Positions 46,866 through 54,896 of a stretch of 64,000 nt of DNA are shown one piece after another. This DNA is from Candidatus Binatia bacterium (lineage in GTDB: Bacteria > Desulfobacterota > Binatia > UBA9968), in contig DASXRG010000152.1 in the NCBI GenBank assembly GCA_036506735.1, positions 3,226 through 67,225 of the forward strand. Direction: 5' to 3'. Numbering within the stretch: position 1 is the stretch's first letter; each line of letters begins with the position of its first letter. The position numbers and the translations under genes are program-made. The notes beneath the pieces are model-generated. The model worked only from the letters and a program-made list of their open reading frames with translations. It was not told the DNA's origin and ran no database searches.

Positions 46866-47171
46866 AGAAACCTCCAACGAAATAAATTCCGCCGTTCCGC
46901 GTGAGGCAGACCACGGATGGGCGGGGTTGCCGTGCCGGCGAACAGAGAGCAGCGCGGCACCCGACAAGCAAAGGGCCTCTTCAATCCTAGCTTAACCGGC
47001 TTCATGCGATCGCCAAATCCGGTGATTCCTTCAGGGAAGTTACGCCCGGCGGCCGTTCAGAGGTTGGGCGTTGAGGCGGGGCCCGATAAACTCATCACTG
47101 GATCCATTTGAATCCGATTCTGTGATCAAATACGATGCTGATCAGCGCTGAGCGAAAGATGAGGTGATCAC

Positions 47172-48344
47172 ATGCTGACAGCCGAGGAAAATGAGATGCT
47201 CACCCGCGTCGGCCCCGGCACGCCCGTGGGAGAACTGCTGCGCCGCTATTGGCATCCGGTCGCGATCGTCAAGGAGCTTACCGAGGAGCAGCCGATCAAG
47301 TTTGTCAGAATTTTCGGCGAAGATCTCGTGCTGTTTCGAAATAAGAGTGGAGAAGTCGGTTTGTTGGAAGACCGCTGCTCGCACCGCGGCGCGTCGCTTT
47401 CTTACGGCCGGGTCGACGAGCGCGGCATCGCCTGCGGTTATCACGGCTGGCTCTACGACACGAAAGGCAATTGTTTGGAGACGCCGGCCGAGCCGCCCGG
47501 AAGCAAGTTCGCGCTGACCATAAAACACAAAGCCTACCCGACGCAAAAGTTCGCCGGTTTCTATTGGGGCTATCTCGGGCCGCTTCCCGCTCCCGTGATT
47601 CCGAAATACGACGTATGGGCGCGCACGGACGGCTGGCATTGGATTCGCGCGCTGCCGCGTCTGGACTGCAACTGGCTCCAGGCGATGGAAAATTCCGTCG
47701 ACACCACCCACCTGCACATTCTCCATCAGGAGCTCGTCACGCGCGGCTTCACCGTGCGCGGCACCACGCGCGGAACGATCGACGATCTGGAGAAATACGC
47801 TTTTTACGAGGTGCCTTACGGGATCATGAAGCGGCGCGAGTTCACCGACGGCACGATGGAAGAGCATCCGATTATTTTCCCGAACATCCTGCGGCAGGCG
47901 AATCGAACGCAGATTCGGGTGCCGATCGACGACACGCATACCTGGGTCGTCTATCTTCATTTTGTCCCCCGCAGCGAAGGAGAGCCGATCGACGGCGACG
48001 AAGTTCCGGTCGATTATAGGAAAGACTTCAAGAATCCCGCGGACGCGCTCCATCCGTTGGCCAGGTTCAGTATGGACGAAGTAGACGGCCAGGATTTCAT
48101 GGCCTGGGAGACGCAGGGGCCGATCGCCGATCGCACGCGCGAGCGGCTGGCGACCTCCGACCACGGCGTCGTGATGTTCAGGGAGATGCTCAAGGCCGAA
48201 ATCGAGAAAGTCCGGCGCAACCTCGATCCGATGAACGTAATCCGCGATCCGCACCATCCGATCATCGATACGCAGCTCGAGGCGTCGCTGCGCGCCGAAA
48301 AGGCCGGCTCCGTCACTTATCATCTGCCCACCGGACGGCAATGA
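47172..48344 (+). CDS. Rieske [2Fe-2S] aromatic-ring-hydroxylating oxygenase, alpha subunit
   Basis: CSHRGASL...CGYHGW is the Rieske motif. The downstream ENSVDTTHLHILH region suggests the mononuclear iron site. Confidence 0.85.
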   Translation: MLTAEENEMLTRVGPGTPVGELLRRYWHPVAIVKELTEEQPIKFVRIFGEDLVLFRNKSGEVGLLEDRCSHRGASLSYGRVDERGIACGYHGWLYDTKGNCLETPAEPPGSKFALTIKHKAYPTQKFAGFYWGYLGPLPAPVIPKYDVWARTDGWHWIRALPRLDCNWLQAMENSVDTTHLHILHQELVTRGFTVRGTTRGTIDDLEKYAFYEVPYGIMKRREFTDGTMEEHPIIFPNILRQANRTQIRVPIDDTHTWVVYLHFVPRSEGEPIDGDEVPVDYRKDFKNPADALHPLARFSMDEVDGQDFMAWETQGPIADRTRERLATSDHGVVMFREMLKAEIEKVRRNLDPMNVIRDPHHPIIDTQLEASLRAEKAGSVTYHLPTGRQ

Positions 48345-48386
48345 AAATCGCCAAGGCGATCGCCGCGCGCCTGCTTTCGTAGCGAG

Positions 48387-48516
48387 ACTGTTGAAAAAGC
48401 TCCCGTTCGCCCTTCGAAACGCTCAGGACGAACGGGGGGGTGGTGCTTTGAGGAGGTTGATTTATTTTCGTTCATGCTGAGCCCCGTCGAAGCGTGAGAA
48501 GCGCTTTTTCAACAGT
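48387..48516. repeat. 130-bp composite MITE-like element with 14-bp terminal inverted repeats
   Basis: ACTGTTGAAAAAGC (48387-48400) and GCTTTTTCAACAGT (48503-48516) flank two family 3 modules: cccgttcgcccttcgaaacgctcaggacgaacggg (a CCCGTTCG/CGAACGGG hairpin) and cgttcatgctgagccccgtcgaagcgtgag. Confidence 0.65.
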
Positions 48517-48579
48517 GCTTTTACCTCGGGCGCCGGTGTGCTAGATAAAGTCGAAAGGATATTCTGAAGAGGGGGCGAG

Positions 48580-50796
48580 ATGGCGAAAAAAGTTGTCGGC
48601 AATCCGACGCCGAGAGTGGAAGGCGAATATAAAGTAACCGGCAAGGCGATGTATGCGGCCGATGTAACGCTTCCGGGAATGCTGTGGGGCAAGACTTTGC
48701 GCAGCCCGATTTCTTACGGGCGCATCAAAAAAATCGATCCTAGCCGCGCGCTACAGCTGCCGGGCGTCCACGCGGTCGTCACCGGAGAAGACGTGACCGG
48801 ACTCAAGATCGGCAGGAAGCTTTACGATATGCCGATCCTCGCCGACGGCGTCGTACGCTTCATCGGCGAAAAAGTCGCCGCGGTCACGGCGGACGACGAG
48901 CATACCGCCGAAGAGGCGGTGAATTTGATCGACGTGGAATACGAAGAACTGGCGCCGGTGCTGGATCCCCTCAAAGCGATGGAGCCCTCCGCGCCGATCT
49001 TGCACCCCGACGTGCCGAATTATAAAGGCCTGCCCAACAAGCTGGCGGCGGCCACCAACGACTTCATCTATGTCACCTGGAAAAAAGGCGACCTCGAAGC
49101 GGGTTTTCGCGAGGCGGACATCGTCGTCGAGAATATGTTCTATACCAACCCGGTCCATCAAGCTTACATCGAGCCGCACTCGTGCATGGTCAGCGCGGCG
49201 CCGGACGGCTCGGCGGAAATCTGGGCGTGCAGCAAGGTGCCGTACGGGCTGCGCGAGCAGGTGGCCAACGCCGTGCGCACCACGCCCGATAAGCTCGTCG
49301 TCCATCCGTGCTACATCGGCGGCGACTTCGGCGGCAAGGGCGACTTCATGGACGTCGCGCTGGTTTACGTCATGTCGAAAAAAAGCCGCCGGCCGGTCAA
49401 GATGGTGATGGATTACGACGAGGAGTTCGTGGCCGGCAATCCGCGCCACGCGTCGGTGATTCGAGTGAAAACCGGCGTCAAGAAAGACGGCGCGATCGTC
49501 GCGCATCACATGGAATTCGTCTTCGACAGCGGCGCTTACGGCGCGTTCAAGCCCAACGCGTTTCTCGGCGGCCCGCACGCCTCCGCCGGGCCGTACAAGA
49601 TTCCCCACGTGTTCATCGAGGAGCACATGGTCTACACGAATAAAATTCCGTGCGGCCACATGCGCGCCCCGGGCGACCCGCAGGGCTTTTTCGCCAACGA
49701 AAGCCAGCTCGACCTGGTCGCCAAGAAGCTCGGGATGGACCGGATCAAATTTCGACAAAAAAATCTGATGCACGACGGCGACCAGGACCCGACCGGCGAG
49801 ACCGTCCACTACATCAAGACCGAAGAGACGCTCGAGCGCGCTCTGAAAGACGCGGATTTTTACCGGCCCAAGCCCAAGAACGTCGGGCGCGGCGTGGCGC
49901 TGGTCCAGTGGATGCCGAACGGCGGCTCGGGCACGGTGCGAATCGAGATCGACGCAGAAGGCACGGCAACCATTTCTTCCGCGATGCTCGATCAAGGCGC
50001 CGGAACATATACGCTCCTATGCGAGATCATCGGACAGGAACTGGAAATCCCGCTCAATCAAATCAAAGTCGAAATTCTGGATACCAAGACCGGCAAGCAG
50101 GACACCGGCGTCGGCGCGAGCCGCGCGACGCGGGTCTACGGCAACGCGGCTTACCAGGCGGCGATCAAGGCGGTCGAGGAGATCAAGCGCGTGGCCGCGG
50201 AACAGATGAAGACCTCGCCGGATCAACTCACGCTCGCGAAAGGCGGCGTGCAGCCCAAGCGCGGCGGCAAGCGCGTGAGTTACGCCGATCTTGTCAAAGC
50301 GAAGGGCTCTCCGATCGCCGTCGAAGCGACTTACAGCGACACTTCTAAAGTTCACGAGGCTTCGATGTGCGCTCAGGTCGCGGAAGTGGAAGTCGATCCC
50401 GAGACCGGGCAGGTAAAGCTCAGAAAATTTACCTCGACGCACAACACGGGAACCGTCATCAATCCGCTTATGCATCAGGGGCAGATCGAAGGCGGCGCCA
50501 TGATGGGAATCGGTTACGCTCTCATGGAGCATCTCATGATCTCCGACGGCAAAGTGACGACGACGCACTTCGGCGACTACAAAATTCCCACGATTCAAGA
50601 CGTCCCGGTATTCAAGACTTCGGTTACTCAGAGACTGAAGGGTGCCGGGCCGTATCACAGCATGCCGATCGGTGAGACTACCAATATTCCGGCGGCGGCC
50701 GCGATCGCCAACGCCGTCGAGGACGCCGTGGGAGTGAGGATCAACTCGCTGCCGATTACGGCGGAAAAAGTGCTGGCGGCGCTCCGCGGCGCGTGA
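48580..50796 (+). CDS. xanthine dehydrogenase / aldehyde oxidase family molybdopterin-binding large subunit
   Basis: 738 aa. GEYKVTGKAMYAADV, QAYIEPH, GGDFGGKG and GQIEGGAMMGIGYAL are typical of the Mo-hydroxylase large subunit. Confidence 0.9.
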   Translation: MAKKVVGNPTPRVEGEYKVTGKAMYAADVTLPGMLWGKTLRSPISYGRIKKIDPSRALQLPGVHAVVTGEDVTGLKIGRKLYDMPILADGVVRFIGEKVAAVTADDEHTAEEAVNLIDVEYEELAPVLDPLKAMEPSAPILHPDVPNYKGLPNKLAAATNDFIYVTWKKGDLEAGFREADIVVENMFYTNPVHQAYIEPHSCMVSAAPDGSAEIWACSKVPYGLREQVANAVRTTPDKLVVHPCYIGGDFGGKGDFMDVALVYVMSKKSRRPVKMVMDYDEEFVAGNPRHASVIRVKTGVKKDGAIVAHHMEFVFDSGAYGAFKPNAFLGGPHASAGPYKIPHVFIEEHMVYTNKIPCGHMRAPGDPQGFFANESQLDLVAKKLGMDRIKFRQKNLMHDGDQDPTGETVHYIKTEETLERALKDADFYRPKPKNVGRGVALVQWMPNGGSGTVRIEIDAEGTATISSAMLDQGAGTYTLLCEIIGQELEIPLNQIKVEILDTKTGKQDTGVGASRATRVYGNAAYQAAIKAVEEIKRVAAEQMKTSPDQLTLAKGGVQPKRGGKRVSYADLVKAKGSPIAVEATYSDTSKVHEASMCAQVAEVEVDPETGQVKLRKFTSTHNTGTVINPLMHQGQIEGGAMMGIGYALMEHLMISDGKVTTTHFGDYKIPTIQDVPVFKTSVTQRLKGAGPYHSMPIGETTNIPAAAAIANAVEDAVGVRINSLPITAEKVLAALRGA

Positions 50797-50799
50797 CGT

Positions 50800-51087
50800 G
50801 TGAACAATCTTTCGTCACCCTTCGACAGGCTCAGGGTGACCGACCCTTATCCACTGCGTCTTCTCTCGGATCCGAAAGCCGATCTGATTCGAGCGGCCGG
50901 GGTGGCGAACGAGGGCCATTGGGCCGGTTTGATTTCGCATCCGGTCACGTTCGTCGTCGATCGGCAGAGAATCGTCCGATGGATTTACACCGGCGACAGC
51001 GCGTCCGATCGCCCGAGTCCGGTCGCCCTGGCGAAGACGGCCGTGATGGTTGCGAGAGGAGAACCGCTGCCGGAGGAACATGGCTAG
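50800..51087 (+). pseudogene. C-terminal fragment of a peroxiredoxin-like (AhpC/TSA) gene fused to a repeat element
   Basis: YPLRLLSDPKADLIRAAGV...HPVTFVVDRQRIVRWIY..DRPSP resembles only the C-terminal half of Bcp-like redoxins. The catalytic-Cys half is absent. The first 14 codons are the GTCACCC..GGGTGAC hairpin element (50814-50840). Confidence 0.45.
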
Positions 51088-51100
51088 GTCCTCTCGGATT

Positions 51101-51160
51101 GTCATTCTGAGGCGCAGCCGAAGAATCTCGGAGAGATCCTTCGCTTCGCTCAGGATGACA
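51101..51160. repeat. family 2 hairpin element (GTCATTCTGAGGCGCAGCCGAAG / inverted partner)
   Basis: Left arm at 51101-51123. The reverse complement of the right arm (51139-51160) reads GTCATCCTGAGCGAAGCGAAGG. The left arm matches 1858-1880 at 22 of 23 nt. Confidence 0.65.
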
Positions 51161-51197
51161 TGCCAACTGTGACTTCCGCATCTGGAAGGAGTCAGTC

Positions 51198-52031
51198 ATG
51201 TCTGACCACGCCAAGCCGCTTGAAACCGTTCCCGGCGTAGGATCATCGGTTCCCGAATGGCCGAAAAGTTCCGCGTCGGATCACTGGATACACATCGAGG
51301 AAAGTCCACGGCGCGTGCGCGTAACTTTCGGCGGCGCGACGATCGCCGACAGTAAGCGCGTTCTGCTTCTCCGCGAATCTAAATGCTTACCGGTCTACTA
51401 TTTTCCGAGCCAAGACGTGCGCCTGGACCTCATGCAGCCTACGACTAAGCGGACTCAGTGCCCCTATAAGGGCGACGCTTCCTACTGGACGATTGTCGTC
51501 GGCTCAAAGACCGCGGAAAATGCAGTGTGGAGTTACCTCGATCCACCGGCCTCGGCGGCGGCGATCAGAGGATGTTTCGCTTTTCAATGGACTTCGATGG
51601 ACGCCTGGCGCGAAGAAGAGGAAGAGATCTTCGTCCATCCGCGCGATCCCTACAAGCGGGTGGATGCGCTGCAAAGCTCCCGGCACGTTCGGATCGTGGT
51701 CGCCGGCGAGACCGTCGCCGATACGCGCCGGCCGCGTCTCCTCTTCGAGACCGGCCATCCATCGAGATATTATATCCCGCTGGACGATATCAGGCAGGAT
51801 TTGTTGCTGCGGTCCGAGACGACTTCCCGCTGTCCTTACAAAGGGCCCGCCTCTTACTGGTCGGTCAAAATAGGCGACAAAATTTTTCCGGACCTGGCGT
51901 GGAGCTATCTCGATCCGATTGCCGAGTGTCCGAAAATCAAGGGGCTGCTCTGCTTTTTTCAAGAACGGGAGGCGACGATCCACGTCGATGGGGAGGAATT
52001 GCCCAAGCTCTGGACGAAATGGTCCAGGTGA
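51198..52031 (+). CDS. tandem DUF427-domain protein
   Basis: Two copies of the pattern VRV.FGG..IADS...LL.E...P.YYFP..DV...L.....T.CPYKG.ASYW. Confidence 0.75.
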   Translation: MSDHAKPLETVPGVGSSVPEWPKSSASDHWIHIEESPRRVRVTFGGATIADSKRVLLLRESKCLPVYYFPSQDVRLDLMQPTTKRTQCPYKGDASYWTIVVGSKTAENAVWSYLDPPASAAAIRGCFAFQWTSMDAWREEEEEIFVHPRDPYKRVDALQSSRHVRIVVAGETVADTRRPRLLFETGHPSRYYIPLDDIRQDLLLRSETTSRCPYKGPASYWSVKIGDKIFPDLAWSYLDPIAECPKIKGLLCFFQEREATIHVDGEELPKLWTKWSR

Positions 52032-52062
52032 AAGAAAGTGAGCAGTGAGCAAAGAGAAAACC

Positions 52063-53012
52063 ATGAAAGCGCTTTACTGGGATGGAAACGATTTAACGCT
52101 TAAAGCCGCACATCCGACGCCCGCGCAAAGCCGCGACCAAGCTCTCGTCCGCGTCCGTCTCGCCGGTATCTGTTCTACGGACCTTCAGATCTTCCAAGGC
52201 TACATGGGATTTCGCGGCGTGCCCGGGCATGAGTTCGTCGGCGAGGTGATGGAAGGCCCGCCCGCCCTGGCGCGCAAGCGCGTCGTCGGCGAGATCAACT
52301 TCGGTTGCGGCCGGTGCGAATTTTGCCGGCGCGGGCTAAGCCGTCACTGTCCGAAGCGGCAAGTGATGGGCATTCTCGGCGCGGACGGCTGCTTCGCCGA
52401 AGTCGTCGCCGTGCCCGCGCGCAATCTTCATCCGGTTCCGGAGAGCGTGTCGGATGAAGAGGCGGTTTTCACCGAGCCGCTGGCGGCGGCGTTCGAAATT
52501 CTCGAACAGGTCGAGATCGATTTTACGCGTGAAGTCCTGGTCTTCGGCGACGGCAAGCTCGGGCTTCTCTGCGCTCAGGTTCTGGCGCTCACCGGCGCGC
52601 GCGTGACGCTCGTCGGAAAGCATCCCAACAAGCTCGCGATGGCCAAGAAGGCCGGCGTGCGCTCTGTTCTGCTGTCCGATTGGCAGTCGCGTCCGGCGGA
52701 CATCGTCGTCGAAGCGACCGGTTCGGCGTCCGGCCTCGAGACGGCTCTCGGCGCGGTGCGCCCGCGCGGCACGCTGGTTCTGAAGAGCACGGTGGCCGAG
52801 GAGCACAAACTTTCGCTCGCGCCCGTGGTGATCAACGAGATCAACGTCGTCGGCTCGCGCTGCGGCCTTTTCCCTCCGGCGCTCGATGCGCTGGCGCAAA
52901 AAAAACTCGCCGTCACCCGATGATCGAGAAAATCTACCCATTAAGTGAAGGTCTTGATGCTGTCGCGCACGCCCGCCGGACCGGAGCGCTTAAAGTACTG
53001 CTGAAGAGCTAG
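52063..53012 (+). pseudogene. zinc-type MDR alcohol dehydrogenase with a 1-nt frameshift about 30 codons before the end
   Basis: GICSTDLQIFQGY..PGHEFVG and GKLGLL motifs. The frame ends at TGA 52921-52923, but the expected C-terminus PMIEKIYPLSEGLDAVAHARRTGALKVLLKS continues in the +2 frame to 53012. Confidence 0.65.
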
Positions 53013-53059
53013 AATAATCTCATCCGCGGCCCGCCTCACCTCAGAAATCTTTTAAATAG

Positions 53060-53100
53060 TTGACAAATACCTCGCCAGATTGGTATATAGCGCCAATTTG
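53060..53100 (+). promoter_or_regulatory. sigma70-like promoter with conserved downstream box (TTGACA-N17-GTATATAGCGCCAATTTG)
   Basis: TTGACA at 53060-53065 and TATATA at 53084-89. The 18-mer at 53083-53100 recurs at 61777-61794 with one mismatch. Confidence 0.5.
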
Positions 53101-53143
53101 CCGTCGGATATGCCTGACTAGCGGGCCGCAAGAAAGGAGTCCC

Positions 53144-54892
53144 ATGAATTATTTTCACCCGTACGCGCCTTCACTGGACGAGACGATAATCACTGCGTGG
53201 GATTCTCAGGTCGCCGAGACTCCGTGGCTGGCGCCATCGCTGGCGGCGCAGACTGCTGATTTATTCCCCCGCTTCGCCGTCGCTTACGCCCAGTTGCGCG
53301 CCTTGCCGCGCGGCGCGCGCCGCGCGCTGCAGCGTCAACTCGCGCACTCGCAAGAGCTGGCGACGATTCCGTCTGAGTGGCAACAGAAGCTGGCCCGCTC
53401 GCTGGCCGGCGCGGCGCTGCTGTTGGCGCTTAGCCACGGAGTAGCACAGGCGAACACGATCACGGTTAACACAAACGTTCCGAAGATCATCACAGACGGC
53501 AAGTGTTCGCTGGTCGAGGCGATCATCAATGCCAACAACGACGCCGCGACACACGTCGACTGCGCGGCAGGCAGCGGCGCGGACACGATCGTGCTGCCGG
53601 CGGCCAGTGTTCATACGGTTTTAACCGACTACGATTTTACCTATGGCGCGACACGTCTGCCGGCGATCACGAGCCAAATCACGATTCAAGGAAACGGCAG
53701 CACGATAAACCGAAAGAAGAGCAAGTTACTGTCGCGTCTCATCGCTGTTGCGGCGAGTGGCGATCTCACGCTGGATCGGGTCACCTTAAGCGGCGGGGGG
53801 CAATACAATGGCGGTGCCATTATTAACTTAGGGAGTCTAACGGCCACGAATAGTACGATCTCAGGCAATACGGCTGTCAAAGGCGGCGGCATATACAATG
53901 CCGGCGGCGCTCTCTCTGTCGAAGAAGCTCTCTTTACCAAGAATGCAGGGGTCTATGGCGCCGGGATATTCGACTACAGCGGCACGACCGATATCGAGCA
54001 GAGCACTTTCACGGGTAACAGGACGGTGTATGGCGGGGCCGCTGTATATGGTCGCTTTGGTACGGTAACCATCCAAAACAGTACCATCACCGGTAATAGA
54101 GCCAGCCGTGCCGCGATCTATAATCAAGGCGGCATCCTCGAAATTCACAATACTATTATCACCAAGAACAGCGCTTCAGAGCATGGCGGCGGAGTGATGT
54201 CCAATAATAACCGGAGCTTTTCGCCGCCACCGTGTTCGGTGACGATCGAAAACAGCACGATTAGCGCCAACGCGGCTCATTATGATGGCGGCGGGATCGA
54301 GAACGAAAGCTGCACACTGGTCGTTAGCAACAGCACAATATCGGCCAACAAGTCCGGAACGGGTGCTGGCGGAATATCTACGGGTTTTGCACCGAGTCTG
54401 ATTGAGAACAGCACGATTTCCGCAAACAGTGGGAGATATACAGGCGGGGTGTACGGAGCTACCATCACGGTCACAAACAGCACCATCACGGGTAACAGGG
54501 CGAAATTAGTCGGCGGGGTTTACAATCGAGGCGACATGACTGTAAAGCGGACTATTGTGTCGGGAAACAAAGGGCCGGTGGGTGAGGCCTTAAGCAATCC
54601 CTCCGGGACGATGACCGTCGATAATTTCAACCTCTTCGGCACCAACGGCAATGCCGGGGTCAGCGGATTTACCGCTGGCGCCAGTGATATCATCCCGGGT
54701 GCCGGCGTCCTCACCGGCAATATCCTCGCGCCGCTGGCGAACAACGGCGGGCCGACTCAGACGCATGCCCTCGTCGCCGGTAGTCCGGCGATCGACGCAT
54801 CACCGGTCGACGCGGATTGTCCGTCCAGCGACCAACGTGGAACCTTGCGACCACAGGGTCCGCTGTGCGACATAGGTGCTTTCGAAAAGTAG
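53144..54892 (+). CDS. beta-helix paralogue A: conserved N-extension, signal-like segment, CSLREA-type domain, Pmp-like parallel beta-helix repeats, choice-of-anchor-Q-type C-terminus
   Basis: ATG at 53144 lies 5 nt after AAAGGAG. Order of elements: MNYFHPYAP..., LAGAALLLALSHGVAQA, ITVNT...DGKCSLVEAIINAN, a dozen or more coils of about 23 aa (NSTISGN..GGGIxN), then NNGGPTQTHALVAGSPAIDA...DQRGTLRPQGPLCDIGAFEK. Confidence 0.85.
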   Translation: MNYFHPYAPSLDETIITAWDSQVAETPWLAPSLAAQTADLFPRFAVAYAQLRALPRGARRALQRQLAHSQELATIPSEWQQKLARSLAGAALLLALSHGVAQANTITVNTNVPKIITDGKCSLVEAIINANNDAATHVDCAAGSGADTIVLPAASVHTVLTDYDFTYGATRLPAITSQITIQGNGSTINRKKSKLLSRLIAVAASGDLTLDRVTLSGGGQYNGGAIINLGSLTATNSTISGNTAVKGGGIYNAGGALSVEEALFTKNAGVYGAGIFDYSGTTDIEQSTFTGNRTVYGGAAVYGRFGTVTIQNSTITGNRASRAAIYNQGGILEIHNTIITKNSASEHGGGVMSNNNRSFSPPPCSVTIENSTISANAAHYDGGGIENESCTLVVSNSTISANKSGTGAGGISTGFAPSLIENSTISANSGRYTGGVYGATITVTNSTITGNRAKLVGGVYNRGDMTVKRTIVSGNKGPVGEALSNPSGTMTVDNFNLFGTNGNAGVSGFTAGASDIIPGAGVLTGNILAPLANNGGPTQTHALVAGSPAIDASPVDADCPSSDQRGTLRPQGPLCDIGAFEK

Positions 54893-54896
54893 GCCT

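Noticed and set aside
45119-46967. Integrated element at tRNA-Asn
   Set aside because: tRNA 3' ends are common integration sites. However, the downstream genes (DUF3175, phosphoribosyltransferase, small basic protein) have host-like GC content. I saw no integrase and no direct repeat of the tRNA 3' end.
47142-48341. 399-aa minus-strand ORF
   Set aside because: It is exactly antisense to the Rieske oxygenase gene, which has clear Rieske and iron-site motifs. The ORF itself has no recognisable motifs.
48751-49995. 414-aa minus-strand ORF
   Set aside because: It is antisense to the Mo-hydroxylase large-subunit gene. Its Arg/Val/Asp-rich composition is typical of the reverse frame of a GC-rich gene.
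53300-53345. Twin-arginine (Tat) signal in the beta-helix paralogues (ALPRGARRALQRQL)
   Set aside because: The RR pair is not in an S/T-R-R-x-F-L-K context. It lies about 25-30 residues upstream of the hydrophobic core, far more than in Tat signals. The segment just before the core (KLAR) looks like an ordinary Sec n-region.
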